DNA of 64,000 bases from NCBI GenBank assembly GCA_021158055.1, contig JAGGVJ010000019.1, positions 23,940-87,939 on the forward strand. The letters are read 5' to 3'. The notes beneath the pieces were generated by a model. That model worked only from the letters and a program-made list of their open reading frames with translations. It did not search any database and was not told where the DNA came from. Below are positions 1 to 10,089 of this stretch, one piece after another; the stretch's first letter is position 1, and each line of letters starts with the position of its first letter. The stretch comes from Candidatus Iainarchaeum sp. (GTDB taxonomy: Archaea; Iainarchaeota; Iainarchaeia; JAGGVJ01). Made by a program: the position numbers and the translations under genes.

Positions 1-1529
1 CAACTCTTGGCCCGAAAGGAATGGACAAGATGCTTGTCGACGAGCTCGGAGACATCATAATAACAAATGATGGCGCAACAATTCTTGACGAGATGAATGT
101 CGAGCACCCGGCGGCAAAAATGCTTGTCGAAGTTGCAAAAACACAGGACGACGAAGTCGGTGACGGCACAACTTCAGCAGTTGTTTTGGCAGGGGAGCTT
201 CTCAAGCAGTCAGAAGATCTGCTTGACATGGGCGTTCACTCAAGCGTGATTGTAAAGGGGTACAGGCTTGCTGCAGAAAAAGCGCTTTCAACGCTTTCGA
301 CTCTTTCCGAGGATGTCACTATTTCTGACGAGGACGTCCTCAACAAGATTTCAGTTACTGCAATGACCGGAAAAGGACCTGAAAAAGCAAGATTTGAACT
401 TTCCCAGCTCGTGGTCACTGCAATAAAGCAGGTTGCTGAAAAAGAAGACGGTGAATATGTCATTGATACGGATCACATAAAGCTTGAAAAAAAGGTTGGT
501 GGGGACATTCTTGACACTGAGCTTATCCAGGGGATTGTTGTTGACAAGGAAAGAGTTCACACAAACATGCCGAAAAAAGTGGAATCTGCAAAAATCGCTC
601 TTGTTGACAGTGCTCTTGAAGTCAAGGAAACAGAAACCGACGCCGAGATAAGAATCACTTCTCCTGACCAGCTTGAAGCGTACCTTGAACAGGAAGAAAA
701 AATGCTCCGCACAATGGTTGAAAATATCAAGGAAAGCGGCGCAAACGTTGTGTTTTGCCAGAAGGGAATTGATGACATGGCGCAGCATTTCCTTGCAAAA
801 GAAGGTATTTTTGCAGCAAGGAGAGTCAAAAAGTCAGACATGGAAAAACTTTCAAAGGCAACCGGTGCTTTGATTGTCTCCAACTTGAAGGATATTTCTT
901 CAACTGACCTTGGAGACGCAGACGTTGTCGAGGAAAGAAAAATCGCAGGCGAGGCAATGACTTTTGTTGAGGGTTGTTCTGACCCAAAAGCAGTTACGAT
1001 TCTTGTTCGCGGAGGAACCGAGCACGTTGTCGCAGAAGTCGAAAGGGCTCTTAATGACGCGGTCGGTGTTGTTGCGGCTTCCATTGAAGACGGCAAGATA
1101 GTTTCAGGCGGCGGTTCAACTGAAATTGAACTTGCTCTTTCGCTCAGGGACTACTCGAAAAGCATAGGCGGACGGGAACAGCTGGCAATCGAGGCATTTG
1201 CAAACGCGCTTGATATTATTCCAAAGACACTGGCTGAAAGCGCGGGAATGGATTCGATTGACACCCTTGTTGATTTGAGGTCAAAGCACGAGGGTTCTCC
1301 TGACGGAAAATACTTTGGGGTTGAAGTTCTCAAGTCACAGACTGCGAACATGTTTGACCTTGATGTCATTGAGCCGCTCCGCGTGAAAAAGCAGGCAATT
1401 TCAAGTGCCGCCGAATCTGCCCAAATGATTTTGAGAATCGATGACGTAATCAGCGGTTCAGGAAAAGGCAAGGGAATGCCCCCTGAAGCGATGGGTGGAA
1501 TGGGCGGCATGCCGCCCGGCATGATGTAA
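1..1529 (+). CDS. ths: Thermosome subunit (group II chaperonin), 5'-truncated by the window edge
   Basis: GDGTTS ATP-binding motif ([17 protein letters not shown]), full equatorial/apical domain order, C-terminal GGM-rich tail ([12 protein letters not shown]). About 40 aa of the N-terminus lies outside the window. Confidence 0.9.
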   Translation, partial: TLGPKGMDKMLVDELGDIIITNDGATILDEMNVEHPAAKMLVEVAKTQDDEVGDGTTSAVVLAGELLKQSEDLLDMGVHSSVIVKGYRLAAEKALSTLSTLSEDVTISDEDVLNKISVTAMTGKGPEKARFELSQLVVTAIKQVAEKEDGEYVIDTDHIKLEKKVGGDILDTELIQGIVVDKERVHTNMPKKVESAKIALVDSALEVKETETDAEIRITSPDQLEAYLEQEEKMLRTMVENIKESGANVVFCQKGIDDMAQHFLAKEGIFAARRVKKSDMEKLSKATGALIVSNLKDISSTDLGDADVVEERKIAGEAMTFVEGCSDPKAVTILVRGGTEHVVAEVERALNDAVGVVAASIEDGKIVSGGGSTEIELALSLRDYSKSIGGREQLAIEAFANALDIIPKTLAESAGMDSIDTLVDLRSKHEGSPDGKYFGVEVLKSQTANMFDLDVIEPLRVKKQAISSAAESAQMILRIDDVISGSGKGKGMPPEAMGGMGGMPPGMM

Positions 1530-1571
1530 TCTAGTACAATCATGATGTAACCCGGTACGATATCTGAAAAA

Positions 1572-1608
1572 GGCGCGGGATTTTCTTCCGCGCCGTCTTA
1601 TTTTTTTT
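1572..1608 (+). terminator. Hairpin plus T-tract downstream of the thermosome gene
   Basis: ggcgcgg / gattttctt / ccgcgcc stem-loop followed by gtcttatttttttt. Confidence 0.4.
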
Positions 1609-2030
1609 GAGTTTAGTGTTTTAGTTTTTTATTTCTTTTTTGAATTTGGAAGAATTTTTTTAAAGAAGTTGTTGGTTTTTTTATAGGTGAGTGTGCTTAT
1701 TTGGATTCTTTTAATGACTGTGCCTAGCGGCTTGATTTCACTTGTTGGTGTGGTTTACTTTTTGGTCAACGAAAAAATTCTTGACAAGCTTATTTTTTTC
1801 ATGGTTTCTTTTGCAGCCAAACGGTCTTTTGATTTGTGATGTGGTTTTTTAATTTGCTATGCCATATTAATTTGTTATATTTGTTATTCTTTTAATATTA
1901 CTTTTGTTTAATTATTACAGGTAATGTTTGTGCGTTAAACTGTTATTTTGCAGGCAGAAGCATTGCATGGTGAGGTATATTGCATTTTTGAGTTTGTTAT
2001 TCTCTTGAAAATTTTTTAAGGTGGGTGTGT

Positions 2031-3479
2031 ATGAAAAAAAGGTTTGTTTTTGTGTTGAGCGCTGTTTTTGTGTTGATGTTTTTGTCTTTTGCTTTAAGTG
2101 AAAGTGTGCGGGAGTGGAGTGCTTCCGAAGAAGAGTATCGCTTTAGAAGTGAAGGCAAGACTTTTGAAGCGGAGTTTCTTTTTGAAGACATTTCAGACCA
2201 CATTCAGATAGATGCGCTGGTAACTGATGTTTACCTTGAAAGAATCACGGAAACAGAAGGGGCGTTGATTGAATTCAACCAGACGATATGTTACGCGCCT
2301 ATAGGTGAAAAGTACAGTGATTGCCTTGGACTTGACATTGAAACGGATGTGCTTCGGGGAACTATCCACGAGGAGTTTTACCCGCTGCAGTCAAAGTCTT
2401 ATTCTTACAACAAGGGAATCACGGGTGAACGAGGGACGTTTTTTGTGGATGCTTCAGAGGGTTTGAAAGTGAAAGTTATTCTTACTTCTTTGACAGACGA
2501 TGATTTCAAGTTGATTGAGCAAAACGAGATTTACCCTGACAATAACGATGACCCTGAAGACGATGTGCTTTATACTATCATACTTTGGGTTCGCGGGGAA
2601 ACAATTCACGAGCCTGAAACAGATTTGTATTTTCAGGAGTATGATTTTGACGGAAATGTGTCAACAGAGTTTACGGTTCCGATCAGGGTGGTAAATGATG
2701 ACCCTGAAGATGACATAAAAGACGTTGAAATTTCTTTTGACAAAACCGGTTGCGTGATTCTGGACACGGACGACCTTTTCATATTTGACAAGGTAAGCGC
2801 GAACAACTACAGGAAAGTTGATGTGCAGATGCGCTGTGACGAGCCCGGAACGTATTTTTTGAACAACCTTAAAATGTCTTTTTTGAGTTCTGAGGACAAT
2901 TTGTTTGAAAAACAGGCAGGCAAGGACAAAAACGTAACCATTGTCATTCCTGAGCCCCCGAAGCCGGTGATTTTAACAAAAATAACAAAGGTTTCAGTGG
3001 AAAACGAGTATCCGATCAGGCTTGACTTCAGTTTTAAAAACGAAGGCGATGCGGCTGCGAAATCAATAGCGGTTGTTGAAAACTCTGACCTGATTGATTT
3101 TGAGGAAATAAGTGTTACCACGCATTCAGTTAGCCCGGGCGAAACCGTGACTTTTTCAGTGAAAGTGGTTCCTTTGAAAGACAAGGTTGAATTGGTTGAT
3201 TCAATATCAGTTGAATTCGAGGACTTGTCCGGAAACAAGTACAGTTTAGGTTTGCCTCCTCTCATAGTCAACTATGAAAAAATTGAGGAAATCAAGGCAG
3301 GGCAGATAGAAAATCCCGAGGAAGAGCAGCAGTACATTCCGCCTCTTCAGACGTTCCTGGTAAAAAACGAGTCAAACATACCTTTGTTTTTGATTGCTGT
3401 GCTTTTGGCTTTTGTTGTTTACGCCGCATACGAAAAGAAGAAAAAGCAAAATCCAACAGGCCTTAATGTTTTCAGGTGA
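2031..3479 (+). CDS. Secreted, C-terminally membrane-anchored acidic repeat protein (surface or adhesin-like); hypothetical
   Basis: N-terminal signal peptide (MKKRFVFVLSAVFVLMFLSFALS) and C-terminal TM plus KKKK anchor (IPLFLIAVLLAFVVYAAYEKKKKQ). Repeated NDDPEDD motifs. The ORF track start at 2025 is GTG; ATG at 2031 is more likely. Confidence 0.6.
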   Translation: MKKRFVFVLSAVFVLMFLSFALSESVREWSASEEEYRFRSEGKTFEAEFLFEDISDHIQIDALVTDVYLERITETEGALIEFNQTICYAPIGEKYSDCLGLDIETDVLRGTIHEEFYPLQSKSYSYNKGITGERGTFFVDASEGLKVKVILTSLTDDDFKLIEQNEIYPDNNDDPEDDVLYTIILWVRGETIHEPETDLYFQEYDFDGNVSTEFTVPIRVVNDDPEDDIKDVEISFDKTGCVILDTDDLFIFDKVSANNYRKVDVQMRCDEPGTYFLNNLKMSFLSSEDNLFEKQAGKDKNVTIVIPEPPKPVILTKITKVSVENEYPIRLDFSFKNEGDAAAKSIAVVENSDLIDFEEISVTTHSVSPGETVTFSVKVVPLKDKVELVDSISVEFEDLSGNKYSLGLPPLIVNYEKIEEIKAGQIENPEEEQQYIPPLQTFLVKNESNIPLFLIAVLLAFVVYAAYEKKKKQNPTGLNVFR

Positions 3480-3594
3480 GTTGCGATAGTGCACTGATAA
3501 GGGTCGAGTCACTGGCTTAGCGGATGATGCACAAGGTCAGTGGCGCAGTAGACAGCGCGACAGGTTAATGTTGAAGCAGCAGTGCAATAAGTTG

Positions 3595-3762
3595 TTATTG
3601 CAGCGGGATCGTGTGGAGAATCAGCACTACGCCAATGAGAATTCCGGCCGCGACAATAACAATTTCAGGGCTTATCTGAGGCCCTGCGGCATCTCCGTCA
3701 AAAAATCTCATTATCCCGATTGAAGTGTTCGGCTGCTGGACGCTTGTTTTTTTTATTTTCAT
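3595..3762 (-). CDS. secG: Preprotein translocase subunit Sec61beta (archaeal SecG)
   Basis: About 55 aa. Conserved G(I/L)MRFFD motif (SIGIMRFFDGDAAGPQISPE) followed by a single C-terminal TM. The ORF track start at 3789 is TTG; ATG at 3762 fits the family length. Confidence 0.7.
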   Translation of the reverse strand: MKIKKTSVQQPNTSIGIMRFFDGDAAGPQISPEIVIVAAGILIGVVLILHTIPLQ

Positions 3763-3886
3763 TTTATTGCACCTTAAAATTTTTTGCAATTGTTAGTGTT
3801 GTTTATTTTTTTATTTATTTGATAACTCGTTAATTTTTCATTTGTTACCATTATTAATATAAATCAATGGATTAATATTATTTACT

Positions 3887-4816
3887 ATGAAATTGTCTGG
3901 CGCGATAAACAAGAATTTTTCAAGAATACTTATTCTTGGTTTATTGATCTTTGTCCTTGTGCTGATTCTTGTAAGCACTCACATCGTGTCGTGCAGGGCA
4001 ATTCCCGGATTTTGCGGGGTTTATGAGTCTTTTTTTGGAAAGCCTGATGTTCTGATTGTCTACGGCGACGATGGGATGGGTGACGAAAGGGTTTTGTATG
4101 ATACTTTTGTCAAGAGGCTGAATGTGTTTCCCGAATCAATGCATGTGAAGATAATCAGTCCGGGTTATCTTGAAAAATACGAGCTTGTTATCGTGACCCA
4201 TGCAAAGACCATGAGTGTCCAGCAGATAAAGTCACTGATGGATTATGCTCTGAAGGGAGGGCGGCTTGTTTGGATAGGGGATGCAGGAACGGGTTTTCCG
4301 CAGGGTGAATCTCCGGTTTATCTCGATGACATCGAGCAGTGCGTGCAGGAACCCTCAAAACCATTGGACTGCCCTGAACACGAACTGCTTAACCCGTGGG
4401 TCAGAAAAGATTCAAACAGGGTTTACAGGCTTGATTATCTTTTGAATTCCGAGGTAATCGGTTATTTCTCGCAGGATCCGAATTATTTTTCAGGCAAGAT
4501 GCAGATACCGGACAGGTCAGACCCGCTTGTAAAAGGCATTTCTTCAGACCTTTCGCTTAAAACAAACTTTCTGGTAGTCAAACTGACTGACGTCGGCCAG
4601 TTTGAGGCAGGGCGCAAAATAGTCGCCACAGTTACAACGAACGCTTCTTTTGAAAAAGACGGTTTAAAGTACTCTGACCCTTTCCCTGTGATTATTTCAA
4701 GCGGGGTCGGGGGCGGAAAAAGAGTTGTCTATTATGCCTTTTCACCTGAAGAACTTGTAAAATCGCAGAAATGGTACTCGTTTATAGAAAGCATTTACTA
4801 TGCAATGGTTTACTAG
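3887..4816 (+). CDS. Membrane-anchored hypothetical protein, paralog A (possible GATase1/ThuA-like fold)
   Basis: N-terminal TM. Alignable with the next gene: LVIVTHAKTMSVQQIKSLMDYALKGGRLVWIGDAGTG matches DVVMLHQTGADKTVDRKSREEIARRVKNGGKLIVIQNAGTK, and GGGKRVVYYAFSPEE matches GFGGATVYFNFDPST. Confidence 0.55.
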   Translation: MKLSGAINKNFSRILILGLLIFVLVLILVSTHIVSCRAIPGFCGVYESFFGKPDVLIVYGDDGMGDERVLYDTFVKRLNVFPESMHVKIISPGYLEKYELVIVTHAKTMSVQQIKSLMDYALKGGRLVWIGDAGTGFPQGESPVYLDDIEQCVQEPSKPLDCPEHELLNPWVRKDSNRVYRLDYLLNSEVIGYFSQDPNYFSGKMQIPDRSDPLVKGISSDLSLKTNFLVVKLTDVGQFEAGRKIVATVTTNASFEKDGLKYSDPFPVIISSGVGGGKRVVYYAFSPEELVKSQKWYSFIESIYYAMVY

Positions 4817-4996
4817 TAGCAGTTGCACCGTATTTTTGGCACTAACAGGACTTTTTTTAGGAAAGTATTTAAATATACCGTCGCTATTCTATATTCTATA
4901 ATCAGTATTTATGCAATAATTTTATATTTTGTATTGACCTTATTAGAAAGTTGATTTTATTATAAATGGGGATAAATAAAAAAACGGTGTGTAAAA

Positions 4997-5830
4997 ATGG
5001 ATCAAAATGAACGTCAGGATAACGGAAGAAGTGGACTTTCATACCACATGGAAGGTTTTATACCATTGCTGATTGTATTGGTTTTGGTTGTGTTGATTTT
5101 GTCAAGCCAGGGAATGATAAACCTTGGCGGCATTCCTGTTTTGGGTGCTTTTTTCCCGTCAGCCGGCGGGATGAATGTTCTTGTTCTGGGCGAGTCAAAC
5201 GCTAGCATGATGGATATACTTAATTCCAGTGACGCAAAAGCAATGGGGATACAGGTAACTCCTTTTTCAGACCCTAACTCACTTTTCCCGAATTATCTTG
5301 ACGGTTTCGATGTTGTAATGCTGCACCAGACAGGCGCAGACAAAACGGTTGACAGGAAGTCAAGGGAAGAAATTGCAAGAAGGGTGAAAAACGGGGGAAA
5401 GTTGATTGTGATACAAAACGCCGGAACAAAGGTTACAGACGATGCATCTGTGCTTGGATGGGGACTTGGCTACGGTGAAGTAATTCCTGTCGAGTGCGTC
5501 AACGTCCTGAACCCGGGTGAAGCATCCTGCGACACACCGATCAGTATTTCAGGTGTTTTTCAGCCTGCAAAACCAAACCACAAGGTGCTTGAAGGGATTG
5601 TTAAGTATCCTGCACAAGGCACAAGGCACTTCAACATTTATGGCGTGAGGCCAAAAGGAGAGGTTTTGGCGTATATTTCCGAGACATCAACAGGAACACC
5701 TTACCCGGCAGTTGTTGTTGGAAGCGTAGGGTTTGGCGGCGCGACAGTTTACTTTAACTTTGACCCGTCAACTGACCAGAGAATGCCCCAGCTTTTGCTG
5801 AACTCAATTTCCTACCTGACAGGGTACTAG
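4997..5830 (+). CDS. Membrane-anchored hypothetical protein, paralog B
   Basis: N-terminal TM (IPLLIVLVLVVLILSS). Clear paralogy to 3887-4816. Confidence 0.55.
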   Translation: MDQNERQDNGRSGLSYHMEGFIPLLIVLVLVVLILSSQGMINLGGIPVLGAFFPSAGGMNVLVLGESNASMMDILNSSDAKAMGIQVTPFSDPNSLFPNYLDGFDVVMLHQTGADKTVDRKSREEIARRVKNGGKLIVIQNAGTKVTDDASVLGWGLGYGEVIPVECVNVLNPGEASCDTPISISGVFQPAKPNHKVLEGIVKYPAQGTRHFNIYGVRPKGEVLAYISETSTGTPYPAVVVGSVGFGGATVYFNFDPSTDQRMPQLLLNSISYLTGY

Positions 5831-6030
5831 GTGCCCTGGCCGGTTTTAGGAAAAATGTTTTGATCCACCAGGCCTGCAGGGAATTTTCCCATGCAGGCAC
5901 ACCGTTTTTGTCCCGTTTAACTTTTTTTCAAGCGTGGTTTATATATTTCATTTGGTTAATTGTTATTTTAAGTGTTTTTGCCGACAAACTTAAACGCTTG
6001 TTTTGAAATATATTTAGCGGGGCAGGCAGT

Positions 6031-6528
6031 GTGAAAGCAGTAATTTGTGAAGAGTGTGCAAGAAGCGGAAATTTCTGCGACAAGTGCATGGAAAAGATTG
6101 AAAAAAATGAGGTTTCAGACATTGATATTAGTGTTACCCGTGCACTTTACAAGGCATCGGAAAGGTTTTTTTTAAAAGATGTCGAGTTTGTCAAGGCATT
6201 TGAATTCCCTGATTTTGTAGTGGTGATGGTTGGCGGAAACGTGGGTTCGCTTATTGGGAAAAGCGGCAGGGTTGTTCATTTGCTTTCCTTGGAGTTTGGC
6301 AAGACTGTCCGGGTAATAGAAAAAACCGGTGACTTCAAAAAGATGGTTCAGGACATTTCAGGCCGCGCGAGGGTTGTTTCTGTTAATGTGCTGTTTAGTG
6401 CCGGTGAAGAACTCATTGAAGTCGTGGTTCCTGAAAAAGACAAAAAAAAGCTTTTTGCAGACCACGTTCTTCTTGAACAGATGATTGAAGAAATAAGCGG
6501 GAAAAAAGTGAGGTTTGTATTTGTTTAA
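6031..6528 (+). CDS. Predicted RNA-binding protein: N-terminal C4 zinc ribbon plus KH domain
   Basis: CEEC...CDKC zinc ribbon. KH-like GxxG loop (LIGKSGRVVHLL). GTG start. Confidence 0.5.
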   Translation: MKAVICEECARSGNFCDKCMEKIEKNEVSDIDISVTRALYKASERFFLKDVEFVKAFEFPDFVVVMVGGNVGSLIGKSGRVVHLLSLEFGKTVRVIEKTGDFKKMVQDISGRARVVSVNVLFSAGEELIEVVVPEKDKKKLFADHVLLEQMIEEISGKKVRFVFV

Positions 6529-6646
6529 ATACTGAAAAGTTATTTATGTTGTGCCTGGTATTTATATTGTTTAACAGGTCTTTTTGTTGATTTAATTTAT
6601 TTTTGGCGTTGTGATTGATTTTTTATAATATTTTGAAGGTGATTTG

Positions 6647-7957
6647 ATGTTTATCAGACAGGATTATGCAGTGGAAGTGACATCCGAAAGGGATGGTCAG
6701 GAAGTTGTCGTTGCAGGGTGGGCTCATGAAATCCGTGACCTTGGCGGGATAAAGTTCATTCTTGTCCGGGACAAGACAGGTATTGTTCAGCTTGCACTGC
6801 CAAAGAAAAAAGTTTCTGAAAGCATCTGGAACGTGCAGATATCAAAGGAAGACGTTTTGCAGGTGAAAGGCGTTGTCAAAAACTCGCCGAATGCCCCGAA
6901 CGGAGTCGAAGTGATTCCGTCAGAAATCAATGTTTTAAGCAAGGCCGTTTCCCCTCTTCCTCTTGAAGTCACCGGAAAGGTGGAGTCAGAGTTTGACACG
7001 CGTATAAAATCCAGGTTCATGGACCTTAGAAAACCGGACATAGCCGCAATATTCAAGGTCAGGGATGCTGTTTTGACCGGTGTGCGTGACTTTTTTGAGT
7101 CGGAAAAATTCATTGAAATCAACTCGCCGAGAATCATCGGTGCCGGCTCTGAAGGAGGGTCTGAACTTTTTCCCCTTCCTTATTACGGAAAGGAAGCGTT
7201 TCTTGCGCAGTCCCCGCAGCTTTACAAGCAGATAATAATGGCGTCGGGTTTTGACAGGATTTATGAAATCGGCCCTGTTTTCAGGGCGGAAAAGTTTGAC
7301 ACTACAAGGCACATAAGTGAAATAATCATGGTTGACTCGGAAATGTCTTTTATTGAAGATGAGTCAGCTGTCATGGATGTTTTAGGCAAGATGCTTGTGT
7401 CGGTTCTCCGACACGTGAAGAAGGTCTGCTCAGAAGAACTTGAGCTTCTTGGAATTGAGCTGGGAATACCCAACTTGCCTCTGCGCCAGGTAACTTATGA
7501 TGAAGTAATCGCGCTTTTGCAGGAGAACGATGAAAAAATAAGCTGGGGGGAGGACTTGAGTGATCCCCAGGAAAGAAAGCTTGGCGAGCTCATGGCAAAA
7601 GAGGGCTTTGAAGCGTATTTCATAACCAGGTATCCGAGTGACATAAAAGCTTTTTATATCATGGAAGATGATTCAAATCCAAAGTATTCAAAGGCCTTTG
7701 ACCTTGATTACATGGGAATTGAACTTGCTTCCGGGGGCCAGCGTGAACACCGCGTTGACAGGCTTGTTGAGCGCATAAAGAAAAAAGGCATGAGTCCTGA
7801 ACAGCTTGGTTTTTACATTGAAGCATTCAAATACGGGATGCCTCCGCACGGCGGGTTCGGACTTGGGCTTGACCGCATGGTGCAGCTGATTTTGAGGCTT
7901 CCAAACGTAAAAGAGTCTGTTCTTTTCCCAAGGGATATCAAGCGCCTTATCCCTTAA
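6647..7957 (+). CDS. aspS: Aspartyl-tRNA synthetase, archaeal type (class IIb)
   Basis: N-terminal OB anticodon-binding domain. Motif 2 FRAE (PVFRAEKFDTTRH). Motif 3 GGFGLGLDR. Confidence 0.9.
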   Translation: MFIRQDYAVEVTSERDGQEVVVAGWAHEIRDLGGIKFILVRDKTGIVQLALPKKKVSESIWNVQISKEDVLQVKGVVKNSPNAPNGVEVIPSEINVLSKAVSPLPLEVTGKVESEFDTRIKSRFMDLRKPDIAAIFKVRDAVLTGVRDFFESEKFIEINSPRIIGAGSEGGSELFPLPYYGKEAFLAQSPQLYKQIIMASGFDRIYEIGPVFRAEKFDTTRHISEIIMVDSEMSFIEDESAVMDVLGKMLVSVLRHVKKVCSEELELLGIELGIPNLPLRQVTYDEVIALLQENDEKISWGEDLSDPQERKLGELMAKEGFEAYFITRYPSDIKAFYIMEDDSNPKYSKAFDLDYMGIELASGGQREHRVDRLVERIKKKGMSPEQLGFYIEAFKYGMPPHGGFGLGLDRMVQLILRLPNVKESVLFPRDIKRLIP

Positions 7958-7992
7958 ACGGCAAGGCATTTTTTGTTTTTTGCAGAAACATT

Positions 7993-8559
7993 TTAAAGCT
8001 TGAATTCCATGTCCACTGCGTTGTGGCTGAAGTAAGCCGTAAAGCTCACCAGAAAAATCATTGTGCTAAGCAGCACCATGACTGATTCGTCTGGAGTTGT
8101 GCCTGAGTATTCAGCTATTTTTTCAAATGAAAAGTAATAGATTGTAACCGCAACCAGGCTGTAAATAATTGCCGCGCGTATTGTGTGGGTGAAGCCCCTA
8201 TGCCTTGGCTTGAACAGCGTGATTGCGACAAAGGTTATCACAAACCCTGCCACAGCAGCAACAGCCGCAGTTGCCAGGTCGTCGGTGTGCATTAAGGCTG
8301 CTGAAAACAAGGCGATTGCAATCAATACGCACAAAAAGTTTCTTGTCTGCTTGTAGATGTTTGATCTCCTGTGGTCAATGTCCGGAAGAATGCTTCCGAG
8401 AACGGAAAATACAAGGGCAAAAAGTCCTGTTGCGGTGATGAGGGTTGACTCAAAGATGTTTTCTGTAAGTCCGAGGTCTGACGCAAACATGAAAAGAACC
8501 AGTGCAAACATGAAGAAGATCATTATTCCTATGAGTGCATGAACTTTTCCGGACGCCAT
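7993..8559 (-). CDS. Membrane-bound metal-dependent hydrolase-like protein (DUF457/YdjM-like)
   Basis: Multi-TM protein with conserved His/Asp positions (LPDIDHRRS, GFTHT). Confidence 0.45.
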   Translation of the reverse strand: MASGKVHALIGIMIFFMFALVLFMFASDLGLTENIFESTLITATGLFALVFSVLGSILPDIDHRRSNIYKQTRNFLCVLIAIALFSAALMHTDDLATAAVAAVAGFVITFVAITLFKPRHRGFTHTIRAAIIYSLVAVTIYYFSFEKIAEYSGTTPDESVMVLLSTMIFLVSFTAYFSHNAVDMEFKL

Positions 8560-8598
8560 TTAAAAACAACCCTGTTGTTACTTTGTTTGTTTTTGTTT

Positions 8599-9042
8599 TT
8601 AATTGTTTTCGAGTTTTTTGAGGCACTCAAGGAGTGCCGGGTGAACGGATGTCGTGAAGTGGTCAGTCACTTTTGTTGGTTTCACCCACTTTGTCTCTTT
8701 GAATTTCTCCCCGGCTTTTTCAGTCCCGCTTGTTGGTTCGCACAAGAAGTAAATTGAAAGAAACTCCCGTTTTTCAGGGTATGTTTTTGCAAAAACGACA
8801 TTGTTTATTTGTATCTCAAGGCCTGTTTTCTTTTTTACTTCGCGCTTTAAGTAAAACTCAAGTCCTTTTTCATATCCTGGTCTTCCGCCCGGAAATGTCC
8901 AGGAAAGCTCTTTTATGAACGGGTCGTTTTCGCGTTTTCCAATGAGTATTTTTTTGGTTTTTTTGTCAAATATTATTGCAAGCACGTTTACAAGAAATGC
9001 TCCCCTGTCAAACTGCGCGAAATCAACGTTTGTTTTGTCCAT
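8599..9042 (-). CDS. NUDIX hydrolase
   Basis: Nudix box GGRPGYEKGLEFYLKREVKKKTGLE, matching Gx5Ex7REUxEExGU. Confidence 0.75.
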   Translation of the reverse strand: MDKTNVDFAQFDRGAFLVNVLAIIFDKKTKKILIGKRENDPFIKELSWTFPGGRPGYEKGLEFYLKREVKKKTGLEIQINNVVFAKTYPEKREFLSIYFLCEPTSGTEKAGEKFKETKWVKPTKVTDHFTTSVHPALLECLKKLENN

Positions 9043-9325
9043 GGATTAATTGTGATTTAAGCCACATAAATTCTTTTTCAAAAATCAGGGGAAAAATTCC
9101 CAAAGATTAACCGGGTTTTATTCCTTTTTTTGGCCAAATAATACCGGAAGTGTGGGGGGTGGTATTTTTGGATTTCAACCGGGTTTAATATTTGATTTCA
9201 GAAGAATTTAGACAGCTAAAGCTGATAATAAGTGGAATTAAAAGAATTTAATTTTTTAAGCGAAGAAGTGCAGAATCGGGGGGCGATTCTGCGGGGGGAT
9301 TTCTTCGCCTTGGTCATTTGACCGG

Positions 9326-9838
9326 TCACCGAACGCCTTTTTGGGGGGATGGAATAAAATAGAATACTTTTTTTCCAAACCGTTCTTTGGTGAGTAGGAA
9401 TTGGGCGGAAAGCTTGTTCAGTCGTGCGCAGGCGGCGTTTGTTCCTTTATAGCCAAGCGCCATCTGAACTTCCTTTGCTTCTACACGCCCTTTTTTCCTT
9501 GCTATGGCAAGGATTGCCTTGTCCTGTTCGGGCAAAAGTTCAACAAGCAATGTGTTGTCCCTTGCTTCTTCTGCTTTTTTTGAGTATTCACTCGTGTTGG
9601 TTTTTGAATTCTGCGTCACGGTGTTGATTTGTGCTTCGAGTTCGTGTATCCTTTCTTCAAGCAACATCAACTGATCTATTTTTGCATTGAGTTCTTTCAA
9701 GATCAGGTTTGTTGACGCTCGTTCCTCTGCCAATCTAAAGAGAAGCGACCCGATATAGACAGGGTTTTCAAATTTTTCCATATCAGACCTAACATCACTT
9801 GTAAGGTCCTCATATTTTTTTTCGTGATGATTTTTCAT
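9326..9838 (-). CDS. Coiled-coil plus C-terminal winged-helix protein; putative transcriptional regulator
   Basis: Central heptad-like region. C-terminal wHTH-like segment (AILAIARKKGRVEAKEVQMALGYKG...ARLNKL). Confidence 0.4.
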   Translation of the reverse strand: MKNHHEKKYEDLTSDVRSDMEKFENPVYIGSLLFRLAEERASTNLILKELNAKIDQLMLLEERIHELEAQINTVTQNSKTNTSEYSKKAEEARDNTLLVELLPEQDKAILAIARKKGRVEAKEVQMALGYKGTNAACARLNKLSAQFLLTKERFGKKVFYFIPSPQKGVR

Positions 9839-9935
9839 TCATTCACCGAAACGTTTATGAATGGCATTTCACTTTGTTGTATTCAGTTTTGTGCATTCAC
9901 GACCTAAAATTGTAAGGCATTTGACTGCAACTGAC

Positions 9936-10012
9936 CATCATGATTAACACGGGTTGAGCCCGTGATTGTGTCATGACCGTTCACAAACATATCATGATAG
10001 TATCATGACATA
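9936..10012 (+). promoter_or_regulatory. Cluster of palindromic (A/G)TCATGA(T/C) boxes plus a hairpin upstream of the wHTH gene; putative operator
   Basis: catcatgatt, gtcatgacc, atcatgatag, atcatgacat, plus hairpin cacggg-ttga-gcccgtg, 100-170 bp upstream of the 9838 start. Confidence 0.3.
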
Positions 10013-10089
10013 TAAAAAGGTTTCTGTCTTTTAAATTCTGATTTTTTTTGTGGCTTATTTGCTGAAAGGTTGAAAAACCGGCGGGTAAG

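Noticed and set aside
236-1543. Several minus-strand and alternative-frame ORFs inside the thermosome gene (236-463, 351-788, 557-1096, 673-873, 1151-1543)
   Set aside because: They are antisense or shadow ORFs of a highly conserved coding gene and have no motifs.
8223-8542. Small + strand ORFs (8223-8438, 8357-8542)
   Set aside because: They are antisense to the DUF457 membrane protein gene.
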